This document shows, one piece after another, positions 48,561-57,515 of a stretch of DNA of 64,000 nucleotides (its first letter is position 1; every line of letters starts with the position of its first letter). The notes under the pieces were generated by a model that saw nothing but the letters and a program-made list of their open reading frames with translations, was not told the origin of the DNA and searched no databases. The stretch is taken from NCBI GenBank assembly GCA_965207885.1, contig OZ242311.1:288001-352000 (forward strand), given 5' to 3'. The position numbers were made by a program, and so were the translations under genes. The DNA comes from Candidatus Latescibacterota bacterium. Lineage in GTDB: Bacteria > Latescibacterota > UBA2968.

Positions 48561-49564
48561 AATTTAACCGTACCATCTTCCAGCATGCTCAACAGTGCCG
48601 AATCATCCACGTTTAGAGGTAGTACAACTCTGCCCCGACGGCGACTCGATTCATAAGTTGCAAAAATCAATTCTGTTGCTTGCAGTGCTTTGCGCCCCGA
48701 AAGTTCGGGTTCGCGTCCGTTTTTCACGGCATCGACGAGGTCCAGCACAGCAACGGTTGTCGCATCGCGCTGACTCACCATGCCGCTGAGATCCACATCT
48801 ACCTCCTGGGTGCCCGATACAACGCGGAGTGGGCGAGCATCGCGGCCCCCAATTTCAATGAACCCTTCGCTCCCGACCAACCGATTCGCAACGCCCTGCA
48901 TCCTGGTTATACCTGTTACCAACAACCCCTCGCGCCCATTTTGATACCGAATCCACGAAATTCCGCTGCCTTCCACGGGGGTCCCAAACACCTCGCGCCC
49001 ACCTTCTGCGTCGATTTGCCCGATTACCCACTCGGCGGGTTCATCGTCATTGTAAAAGAAAAACATATCGAACCAGTGCGTGCCCCAGTCGAACATGTTC
49101 GGGCAATTGCCCTCAAAACGCCGCAGTTCGCCAATGGTACCAGATTTTGCAATCTCCTTTGCCTTTATAAATTGCCCGGCAAACCGCCTCTGATGACAAA
49201 ATGTAATGACCACGTCGTTATCTGCGCATGCCTGATACAGCGATTTTGCTTCTCCCCAGGTCGGTGCCATGGGCTTTTCTGCGTGAATCGCCTGAATCCC
49301 ACTGCCCGCCGCATCTACAATCATGTCGTGATGCAATCCGGTCCAGGTACACACGCTGACAAAATCCAAGTCTTCTTTTTCCAGCATGTCGCGGTAGTCT
49401 TCGTAGCCATTTTCAACACCAAATTCCGCCATGTACGCCGAACGCGGCGCCTCAAACGGATCGGCACACGCTACGATCGCTACGTCGTCTGATGCGGTCC
49501 AACCGCGTGCATGCGCTTTTCCACGACCCCCACAACCGATGACACCAGCTTTAAAATTTGCCAT
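48557..49564 (-). CDS. Gfo/Idh/MocA oxidoreductase
   Basis: GVIGCGG, EKPMA, HQRRF, DWGTHW.D. Confidence 0.9.
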   Translation of the reverse strand: MANFKAGVIGCGGRGKAHARGWTASDDVAIVACADPFEAPRSAYMAEFGVENGYEDYRDMLEKEDLDFVSVCTWTGLHHDMIVDAAGSGIQAIHAEKPMAPTWGEAKSLYQACADNDVVITFCHQRRFAGQFIKAKEIAKSGTIGELRRFEGNCPNMFDWGTHWFDMFFFYNDDEPAEWVIGQIDAEGGREVFGTPVEGSGISWIRYQNGREGLLVTGITRMQGVANRLVGSEGFIEIGGRDARPLRVVSGTQEVDVDLSGMVSQRDATTVAVLDLVDAVKNGREPELSGRKALQATELIFATYESSRRRGRVVLPLNVDDSALLSMLEDGTVKL

Positions 49565-49581
49565 TTTCTTTTCTCCTCTAT

Positions 49582-50553
49582 TTATGTTTTCCAAATCGAT
49601 GTCGCATCCACCACATATCCCCTCTGATTATCCACCACATTTAACAGGGGTTCTCCCGCGCAGAATCGACGCACATTTTCCACGATTAATGCCTTTCTGC
49701 GCTTGTCAATCTCTGGCGACACACCGGCCACATGCGGCGTCAATATCACATTTTCCATGGACCACAGGGCGTGATCTTGCGGCAGCGGTTCCTCTTCATA
49801 GACATCGAGACCCGCACCGCCGATCTGCCCGGATTGCAATGCGCTGGTCAGTGCGTGCAATTGGACCACTTTGCCGCGGCCGATGTTGATTAGAATGCCC
49901 GTATTTTTCATTGCGCGAAACATATCCGCATCGAATAACCCTTCGGTCTGGGCGGTGTGGGGTACGCAAATTACCACAAAATCCGACTCTCCGACCATAT
50001 CCGCAAGTTCATCGGGAGAATAAATACGCGCGATAAAATCGGGTTTTCCCTTTGGGGCTGGATCCATTCCCAGCACGCGCATGCCAAATACCGGGCCTCG
50101 TTCGGCAACGGCTAATCCGATGCCTCCCAATCCAACGACGCCCAAGGTCGTTCCCGCAAGATGGATTACGGGGGCGTCTTTTTCCCATTTGCTCTGGGAC
50201 TGATTGCGAATATAGTGATGCAATCCGCGCGCAAATGCCATGACCATTGAAAATACATGATCGGCGATTACATCGCTGTATATCCCACGGATATTCGTCA
50301 CTGTCAAGTCGCTTTTTCGCAGTTCTGGAAAGTAATAGCCATCCAGCCCGGCACTCGTCGCCTGTACCCACCGCAGTTTTTTCGCTGCTTTCAAAATCTG
50401 CGGCGTCATCCCTCCAAAATACGCATCTGCATCACCAATTTCCGACAGGATGTCTTCTTCGGACTTCACCACCACAGTTTCCACACCCAGGTCGTGGATC
50501 TGCTGCATGTATTCATCTTCCAACGCCCGCTGCAATACCATTTTTATCGCCAT
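49582..50553 (-). CDS. D-2-hydroxyacid dehydrogenase
   Basis: SAGLD, GLGGIG, INIGRG, LDV.EEEPL, TPHVAG; start MAIKMV. Confidence 0.9.
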   Translation of the reverse strand: MAIKMVLQRALEDEYMQQIHDLGVETVVVKSEEDILSEIGDADAYFGGMTPQILKAAKKLRWVQATSAGLDGYYFPELRKSDLTVTNIRGIYSDVIADHVFSMVMAFARGLHHYIRNQSQSKWEKDAPVIHLAGTTLGVVGLGGIGLAVAERGPVFGMRVLGMDPAPKGKPDFIARIYSPDELADMVGESDFVVICVPHTAQTEGLFDADMFRAMKNTGILINIGRGKVVQLHALTSALQSGQIGGAGLDVYEEEPLPQDHALWSMENVILTPHVAGVSPEIDKRRKALIVENVRRFCAGEPLLNVVDNQRGYVVDATSIWKT

Positions 50554-50569
50554 TTGATAGATCTCCTTC

Positions 50570-51841
50570 TTATGCTTGCCAGGGCACACTGCCATTTTGT
50601 TGCATTTCCGTCTGCAACAACTCACCCATTTCCCGAAATGTGCCTGTTTTTGCCTGATCCGATGCTTCTTGAGGATCATTGCCCAGATCATAGAGTTCCA
50701 GTGGTTCAAAAGGACTGTTGTGCAGCAATTTGATATTGCCGCGTCGAACAGCGTGCTGGTTTAGTCCGAGGAATGAGGGACCCCCGTCTTTTCGCACCCA
50801 GTACATCGCGCGATCAGAAAAATCCTGGTTTTCTCCTCTCAGCGTTGGCAAAATAGACAGTCCTTCGATTTCATGGTTGACCGATGCACCTGCTATTTCG
50901 CAGGCTGTGGGGAACAGGTCCATCAGCATGGCAACGTTATCACATACCTGGCCTTTCTCAATTCCATCTGCCCACATTGCACAGGTGGGTACCCGAATGC
51001 CGCCTTCATACATCTGTCCCTTTCCGCCTTTTAAATCACCGTTGGTTGCGCCCACATTTAACTGTCCGCCATTGTCCGATGTGTAGATCACGAGAGTATT
51101 GGAAAGTTGTCCGGTTTGCTCAAGCGCGTCCAGGACCCGACCAATGCCCGCATCCATGTGCTCGACCAGTGCGATGTATTTCACCCGTTCGGGCGAGGCA
51201 TCAGGCTCGCGCTGACGCACCCTTTCTATCCAGTCCTCTGGCGGTTGAATGGGCGTGTGTGGCGCATTATAAGCCAGATACAGGAAAAACGGCTGTGACG
51301 CATGGGCGTGTCCGTGAATTACCTCGGTCGCCCATTCTGTAAATAGATCCGTTGCGTGTCCCCGCGGGTCAATCACCTCGAGGTCTTTCTGCATGTAATT
51401 CTGGTCGTGTCGCAAATGCGTGTAATAATCGTCCATCATGTCGCCCAGAAAACCGTGGAAATGATCAAATCCACGCTTGCACGGATGGTTCTCTGGCTCG
51501 AGGCCCAGGTGCCATTTTCCAATAATGGATGTGTGATAGTCTTTTTGTTTGAGCATTGATGGCAGTGTTATGGCATCGCGACTGAAATATCCCCAATTAC
51601 TCTCGGGGTAAGTGCGAATCACGCCCGGCACGCCAACTCGATCCGGATATCGCCCGGTCATCAGTGCTGCGCGACTGGGGGAACATACGGATGAATTTGC
51701 GTAGAACTGCGTCAAGCGAATGCCGTTTTCAGCAATGCGGTCGATATTTGGCGTTTGAATATGCGGTCCTTGATGTGCCGAGATATCGCCGTAACCGTGA
51801 TCATCGCCCAGGATTATCAGGATATTTGGCAAATGCGCCAT
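50570..51841 (-). CDS. Sulfatase (Cys-type)
   Basis: PNILIILGDD.GYGD, CSPSRAALMTG, GKWHLG, SDNGG. Confidence 0.92.
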   Translation of the reverse strand: MAHLPNILIILGDDHGYGDISAHQGPHIQTPNIDRIAENGIRLTQFYANSSVCSPSRAALMTGRYPDRVGVPGVIRTYPESNWGYFSRDAITLPSMLKQKDYHTSIIGKWHLGLEPENHPCKRGFDHFHGFLGDMMDDYYTHLRHDQNYMQKDLEVIDPRGHATDLFTEWATEVIHGHAHASQPFFLYLAYNAPHTPIQPPEDWIERVRQREPDASPERVKYIALVEHMDAGIGRVLDALEQTGQLSNTLVIYTSDNGGQLNVGATNGDLKGGKGQMYEGGIRVPTCAMWADGIEKGQVCDNVAMLMDLFPTACEIAGASVNHEIEGLSILPTLRGENQDFSDRAMYWVRKDGGPSFLGLNQHAVRRGNIKLLHNSPFEPLELYDLGNDPQEASDQAKTGTFREMGELLQTEMQQNGSVPWQA

Positions 51842-51862
51842 GTATCATCTCCTTTAATAAAA

Positions 51863-52153
51863 TTACATGTGTCGCAGCATTCGCCGCACCAGTTCGCGTT
51901 TTTCCGCGGGGTCTTTTGCCCAGCAAATTTCCTCAAACCGATCTTCAAATGTCCCCGAATTTTCGAGCTTTCGGTCCCGACTCAATTTTTGCAACTGCTC
52001 AATTTCACGAGGATCGAGTCTGTGGGACATGCGGTTTAGTGCAAATTTGAATCGTTTCGGATTTCGCAAAAAATAAGTGCCCAGATCCCGGAGCATATCG
52101 CCGTATTTCAAGCCTTGCTCCGCAACAGTTTCCGCGAGTTTGTCCTTTTGCAT
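51863..52153 (-). CDS. Hypothetical helical protein
   Basis: AGGAGG RBS before MQKDKL; co-oriented in the operon. Confidence 0.65.
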   Translation of the reverse strand: MQKDKLAETVAEQGLKYGDMLRDLGTYFLRNPKRFKFALNRMSHRLDPREIEQLQKLSRDRKLENSGTFEDRFEEICWAKDPAEKRELVRRMLRHM

Positions 52154-52169
52154 GACTAAAATCCTCCTG

Positions 52170-53582
52170 TTACTCATTGGGGCGTTTTCCAATTGTATCC
52201 GCGAGGTGGTCCATCAGATCGTCGAGTGCTTGCCGCGATGTGCGACCGCGAAATGCTTTGAGCGCCGGATCGTTTGTTTCCACCATCCATTCATCGAGCG
52301 CGTTTCTAAGGCCCTGGATATCATCGGCATAGTTGGGGTCGTCAATCAGGTTGTTCAGTGCATTGGGGTCGTTCTCAAAATCGTAAAATTCTTCGAGTAC
52401 GCGATAGCTGAACAAATGGTTTCTCGCAGCCAATTCCGGGTCGTTGGCTTCTGCTTCTTTCATCGCCTGCCAGGACCGACCATTCTGGGATTCATTTCGA
52501 AATTCCCGTTCGCCATCGGACCAGGGGTTGAAGATATAGCCGAACCGCGTATTTTGCACGCATCGCATCGGGTAATTGCGCCGCCCCGAGGTCTGGTGAA
52601 ATTGCGTGAACACACGCTCGCAGCCATCCTGTTTTTCGCCCCGCAATACGGGCAGACGCGATTTGCCATTGACGCCGTCCGGGATATCTACACCAATTGC
52701 ATCCAGTACTGTGGGCAAATAATCTACCCCGGAAATAAAATGCTCGGTATCCACGCGCCCGGCTTGAATGACCGCGGGCCATCGCGCCAAAAAAGGTGTG
52801 CGCGTGCTGTTTAGATAACAATTTGTTTTTGCAAAGGGAAATGCCATGCCATTATCGGACAAAAACATCACGAGGGTGTTCTCCGCCACGCCCGCTTCGT
52901 CCAGCACACCGAGCAATCGGCCCACAGTATCATCACAGCGGCGAACAGAGTTGTAATACTCGGCTATTTCCAGGCGCACATCCGGTAGATCGGGCAAAAA
53001 CTCGGGAATGACCACTTCTTCTGGATCAAATGTGCGCGAGGGCGGTACCGCAGGCGGGTCGAGTTCGCTGTACCATTCGGGCTTGTCATTGCCGTAGAAC
53101 GGACGGTGCGGATCGTGGGAGTTTGCCATGAGAAAAAATGGGCGCTCGCCATCTACGGCTGTTTGAACAAAGCTTTTTGCATGCTGATAATACGCATCGG
53201 GATTTCGTCCCTGCCCCAGGTCGATCTGATCATGCGCCATGTCCCACTGAAATGCCGCGTATGGCGTCGAGTGTGTCACTTTGCCCAAAATGCCCACGTC
53301 ATAGCCCTCATCGCGCAAGATATCGGGTAGTATGGGTATGCCTTCGTGTCGCAAATGGTAAAAGCCCTCGCCGCCGCTGAGATGCGGATAGCACCCGGTC
53401 ATCAATGCCGAGCGGCTCGGTTGGCATACTGCAATTGTCACATGTCCGTGGTTAAACCGCAATCCCCCCGCGGCCAATCGGTCAATATTTGGGGTCGTGC
53501 CCGCTGTTGGGCAACCAAATGCCCCCACTGCATCCCAGTTCATGTCATCTGCTGTTATCAACATAAAATTTGGTCTGTTCAT
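52170..53582 (-). CDS. Sulfatase (N-sulfoglucosamine sulfohydrolase-like)
   Basis: PNFMLITADD, CQPSRSALMTG, DPHRP, SDNGMAFP.AK. Confidence 0.9.
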   Translation of the reverse strand: MNRPNFMLITADDMNWDAVGAFGCPTAGTTPNIDRLAAGGLRFNHGHVTIAVCQPSRSALMTGCYPHLSGGEGFYHLRHEGIPILPDILRDEGYDVGILGKVTHSTPYAAFQWDMAHDQIDLGQGRNPDAYYQHAKSFVQTAVDGERPFFLMANSHDPHRPFYGNDKPEWYSELDPPAVPPSRTFDPEEVVIPEFLPDLPDVRLEIAEYYNSVRRCDDTVGRLLGVLDEAGVAENTLVMFLSDNGMAFPFAKTNCYLNSTRTPFLARWPAVIQAGRVDTEHFISGVDYLPTVLDAIGVDIPDGVNGKSRLPVLRGEKQDGCERVFTQFHQTSGRRNYPMRCVQNTRFGYIFNPWSDGEREFRNESQNGRSWQAMKEAEANDPELAARNHLFSYRVLEEFYDFENDPNALNNLIDDPNYADDIQGLRNALDEWMVETNDPALKAFRGRTSRQALDDLMDHLADTIGKRPNE

Positions 53583-53596
53583 ATTGCTCCTTTCCT

Positions 53597-54055
53597 CTAC
53601 TCTTCCCCATCGTAATATTCCACCTCGGTCAGGCGGCCCAATTTGCCCGGTGGACGGATCGCCCATTTATCCGAGTCGGGATAATAGACCGGGTCACTTA
53701 CGGGATTGTCGGCAATGACGTAATAAATCAGATCCTCTGTCGCACTTGTGTTGCGAATCTGATGCGCAGTACCGGGCGGCTGAACAAATGCGTCGCCTGC
53801 TCCCACTTCAAATGTGTGATCATTTCGGCGCACAGTGCCGTGGCCGCGGAGCACGATATAAAATTCCCACTGTACCTGATGCGCGTGGCACGGAAAATTT
53901 GTCTTTCCCGGAGGCAATCGCACCCATTCGACCTCAAATGGTTGTCCTTTGGTCTCCAATGCTCCAGAAATATCCTTTCGATGCAAACAGTATTTACCCG
54001 TGCGCGATAGGCGCGCTATTTCTTCTATTTCCGATTCGTTGATTTTTTCTATCAC
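53597..54055 (-). CDS. Cupin domain protein
   Basis: HAH..QWEFY..L.G.G, PPGTAHQI.N, YYPDSDK. Confidence 0.85.
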   Translation of the reverse strand: MIEKINESEIEEIARLSRTGKYCLHRKDISGALETKGQPFEVEWVRLPPGKTNFPCHAHQVQWEFYIVLRGHGTVRRNDHTFEVGAGDAFVQPPGTAHQIRNTSATEDLIYYVIADNPVSDPVYYPDSDKWAIRPPGKLGRLTEVEYYDGEE

Positions 54056-54080
54056 TCTGATTTTCCTTCACTTTGGTGGT

Positions 54081-54860
54081 TTACTGCGCGTTCCATCCAC
54101 CATCTACATATAGCGATGCTCCCGTCATAAAGCTGGATGCATCGCTCGCCAAAAACAACGCTGCGCCGCGAATTTCGTGCAACTCTGCCCAGCGATTTAA
54201 TGCCGTCAATTCCAATAACGATTTTACCTTCTCGGGCGTCTTTAGAAGCGGTACATTGATCTCGGTCAAAAAGGGTCCGGGACACAGGGCATTGCACCGC
54301 ACATTGGACTCGGCCCACTCCAGAGCCATCGTTTTTGTCATGCCGATTAATCCCGCTTTTGACGAACAATAGGCCGAGCGCTCTCTTAACCCGACGCCGC
54401 TTAATGCCGACGCGATGTTCACCACTGAACCCGATCCCTGGGGCTTCATAACCCGGGCAGCCGCACGGCAACACAACCATACGCCAGTTAGATTGATGTC
54501 GATTACTTGCTTAAACTCGTCGAGGGGAAACTCCTCTACGGGATGCCGAATATTAATCCCCGCGCTGTTGATCAACACGTCCAGCTTGCCGTATTTCTCG
54601 ATGACGGTATCAAATACCCGATCCACGTCTTTTTCACGGGTTACATCTCCAGCGATACCGAGACTCTCTTGCCGTGTTTCTTCTGCGATCTCTGCGGCCA
54701 CGCGGTCACAATCTGCCTGCGTCCGCGAGCAAATGACGGTTTTTGCACCGGCCTGCGCCAATCCCATCGCCATTGATGCGCCCAATCCTTTGGATCCCCC
54801 GGTGATTAACGCGACCTTTCCGTCTAACCGAAACAAATCCATTACATATATTTCTGGCAT
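54081..54860 (-). CDS. SDR family oxidoreductase (gluconate 5-dehydrogenase-like)
   Basis: TGGSKGLG, NSAG, YCSSK, VDGG. Confidence 0.92.
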   Translation of the reverse strand: MPEIYVMDLFRLDGKVALITGGSKGLGASMAMGLAQAGAKTVICSRTQADCDRVAAEIAEETRQESLGIAGDVTREKDVDRVFDTVIEKYGKLDVLINSAGINIRHPVEEFPLDEFKQVIDINLTGVWLCCRAAARVMKPQGSGSVVNIASALSGVGLRERSAYCSSKAGLIGMTKTMALEWAESNVRCNALCPGPFLTEINVPLLKTPEKVKSLLELTALNRWAELHEIRGAALFLASDASSFMTGASLYVDGGWNAQ

Positions 54861-54891
54861 ATTTTTCTCCAGTGGTCAGCAATCAAATCAG

Positions 54892-54965
54892 AGGGCGACC
54901 ACAGGGGGTCGTCCCTACAGACCGGATAACATATCATCGTAGGGGACGGCCCCTGTGCCGTCCCT
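54892..54965. repeat. Inverted pair of GTAG-family REP palindromes
   Basis: TGTAGGGACGACCCCCTGTGGTCGCCCT (minus) and GTAGGGGACGGCCCCTGTGCCGTCCCT (plus), 19-bp spacer. Confidence 0.7.
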
Positions 54966-56046
54966 ATGGTCTCAATGTAACCTTTACAGACTGCGTTCCA
55001 TCTGCGACGAGGTCCATACCCTTGTGAAAATCCTTAAGTGGCAATTGATGGGTTACGATCTGGTCCATTGGGAGGAGGCCCTGTTCGAGCATTCGAATGG
55101 CAATGGGATAACAATGCGGACTCAGATGAGCGCCGTGAATATTGAGTTCTTTTGTGTCGCCAATAATCGTCCAATCCGTTGTCACGGGTTCGCGCATTAC
55201 GCTGAATTCGACAAATGTGCCGAGTTTGCAAATCATAAGCAGTCCCTGTTCCACTGCCGCGGGATGCCCGGTCGCCTCGATATACACATCGCAACCATAA
55301 CCTTCTGTCAATTTATGGACTTCGTCAACCACATCCACCGAATTTGGATTCAGCCCCAGATCCGCCCCACACGCTCTGGCTATTTCCAGCCGTTTATCAC
55401 TTAGGTCTAAGGCAATTAGCAATGCGGGATTCTTCATTCGCGCGGCAGCGACCATACCCAGGCCCAGCGGTCCTGCGCCAGCAATGACGACTGTGTGGTT
55501 TAACTGAATATTGCCGCGTTCGACCGCGTGAATCGCACAGGCGAGGGGTTCTACATACGCCGCATGCGCGGCGGGTATGGATTTTGGCACGCGATAATTC
55601 AGGGCTTTGGCAGGCAACCTGCAATATTCAGCCATTGCGCCAAAGGTCGCCTGGCGAAAGCCGTAAATATCGTGTACCATGCACATCCAGTATTGCCCGC
55701 GCAAGCAATAACGACACGCGCCGCACGGCACGATTTGCTCCGATACTGCGAGGTCGCCAATCGCCAACCCGTATTTGTCACCCGCACCGTCGCCGAGTGC
55801 AACGACCTCTCCCACAAATTCGTGCCCGGGAATAATTGGTGCTTGGCAATAGCCCTCGCGGTGGGAATCGCCCCAGAACATGGGTGCTCCCAGATAGCAC
55901 TTTAAATCGCTTGCACATATACCGACCGATTGCACGCGAAGTAGAACCTCTCCCGCCTCTATCTGGGGTACTACGTATTCTTCCAGGCGATAATCTTCGG
56001 GCGCGCGGCACATGACTACGGGCATTGTTTTTGGCAGATCACCCAT
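54964..56046 (-). CDS. Zn-dependent polyol dehydrogenase (erythritol/L-threitol dehydrogenase-like)
   Basis: CASD, GHEF, C..C..C......C, EPLACA.H, GAGPLG, DW.IIGD.KEL. Confidence 0.88.
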   Translation of the reverse strand: MGDLPKTMPVVMCRAPEDYRLEEYVVPQIEAGEVLLRVQSVGICASDLKCYLGAPMFWGDSHREGYCQAPIIPGHEFVGEVVALGDGAGDKYGLAIGDLAVSEQIVPCGACRYCLRGQYWMCMVHDIYGFRQATFGAMAEYCRLPAKALNYRVPKSIPAAHAAYVEPLACAIHAVERGNIQLNHTVVIAGAGPLGLGMVAAARMKNPALLIALDLSDKRLEIARACGADLGLNPNSVDVVDEVHKLTEGYGCDVYIEATGHPAAVEQGLLMICKLGTFVEFSVMREPVTTDWTIIGDTKELNIHGAHLSPHCYPIAIRMLEQGLLPMDQIVTHQLPLKDFHKGMDLVADGTQSVKVTLRP

Positions 56047-56152
56047 ATCGAATCCTTTTCTTGACAAGAGAAAGCCCTTAGGATACACTTTAACGGTTTG
56101 ATAGTATAAAGAAAAACACAAAAATTTTCATCTCTAACGTTATGAGGTAAAA

Positions 56153-57448
56153 GTGGCAATTGGTATTGGCTTGATTGGCATGGGTGTTGTGGGTGGCGGT
56201 GTGGCCCGCATCCTTCGAGATCGGGAACGCGAATTCAAAGACGTTCGGGATCTCGATCTCGATATTCGCAAGGTTGCTGTGCGCGATTTGTCCAAATCTC
56301 GCGCAATTGATTTGATTCCCGATTGTTTTACGACCAATCCTATGGATGTGGTCACGGATCCGACAATCCAGATTGTGGTCGAGGTGATGGGCGGTGTTGA
56401 TGCGGCTTATGATCTCGTTCTCGCGGCGCTTCAAAATGGGAAAGATGTTGTTACGGCGAACAAAGCTCTTCTTGCCGAACGCGGCGACAGCCTGTTTGAG
56501 GCTGCGGTAAAAAATAATGCAGGACTCGGCTTTGAAGCCAGTGTATGTGGCGGTATTCCCATTATCCAGACTCTCAGTCAGGGTCTGGTGGCGAATAATA
56601 TTCAATCGCTTTACGGCATCCTCAATGGCACGACGAACTACATCCTCACCCGGATGACAGAAGCCGGAGAGGACTTTGGTCCCATGCTCAAAGAAGCACA
56701 GGACAAAGGATTCGCCGAAGCCGATCCCACCATGGATATCGATGGCACGGATGCAGCTCAAAAGCTCGCACTTCTCTGTCGCCTCGCCTTCCGCCAGCGC
56801 GTTTCGTCCGGCGAGATTCTCAAAGAGGGGATCTCTCACATTACCGCATTGGATATTGATTTTGCCCGCGAACTCGGTTATACCATCAAATTGCTCGGCA
56901 TAGCCCGCGTGGTGGGTAATCGCATTGAGGTGCGCGTGCATCCCGCCTTTGTGCCTCACGATGCACTCCTGGCCGATATTCGCAATGAATTTAACGCTGT
57001 GGAAATTGTCGGCAGTGCGGTTGACGCCCAGGTCTTTTATGGCAAAGGCGCCGGTGAATTGCCCACAGCCAGCGCGGTGGTCGCCGATCTGGTCGCCATT
57101 GCCGAACGGCGCAAAGCCGGTCTTGGTCCCGCGGGAGCACCACTTGCTCCGCTACCCGAGGCGGACCTCGTTCCCACCGGCGATATTCAGACTGGCAGCT
57201 ATTGTCGGCTTACCGTTTACGACAAACCCGGGGTTCTGGCACAGGTTGCAGCGCTCTTTGCCGGTGAAGATATCAGCATAGAAACGGTCATCCAGCACGG
57301 GCGCTCGGAAACAGAAGGTGGCACGGTCCCTCTGATCATGATCACGCACGATGCTCCCGAATCCGCGATGCAACGCGCCATCGTGCGCATCGGGAATTTG
57401 TCCGCTGTGACAGAAAAACCGCAGATTATTCGGATTTTGCATCCGTGA
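56153..57448 (+). CDS. hom: Homoserine dehydrogenase with C-terminal ACT domain
   Basis: G.G.VG.G, TANKAL, EASV.GGIP, NGTTNYIL, EADP..D.DG.D, G.GAG..PTASAV, DKPGVLA. Confidence 0.95.
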   Translation: MAIGIGLIGMGVVGGGVARILRDREREFKDVRDLDLDIRKVAVRDLSKSRAIDLIPDCFTTNPMDVVTDPTIQIVVEVMGGVDAAYDLVLAALQNGKDVVTANKALLAERGDSLFEAAVKNNAGLGFEASVCGGIPIIQTLSQGLVANNIQSLYGILNGTTNYILTRMTEAGEDFGPMLKEAQDKGFAEADPTMDIDGTDAAQKLALLCRLAFRQRVSSGEILKEGISHITALDIDFARELGYTIKLLGIARVVGNRIEVRVHPAFVPHDALLADIRNEFNAVEIVGSAVDAQVFYGKGAGELPTASAVVADLVAIAERRKAGLGPAGAPLAPLPEADLVPTGDIQTGSYCRLTVYDKPGVLAQVAALFAGEDISIETVIQHGRSETEGGTVPLIMITHDAPESAMQRAIVRIGNLSAVTEKPQIIRILHP

Positions 57449-57462
57449 GGGGATGTGAAAAC

Positions 57463-57494
57463 AAAAAAGCGGCAGAGAAAATTCTCTGCCGCTT
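57463..57494. terminator. Terminator between convergent hom and gyrA
   Basis: A6-GCGGCAGAGAA-AA-TTCTCTGCCGC-TT. Confidence 0.75.
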
Positions 57495-57515
57495 CGGATC
57501 AAAAGATTGTGTTGT

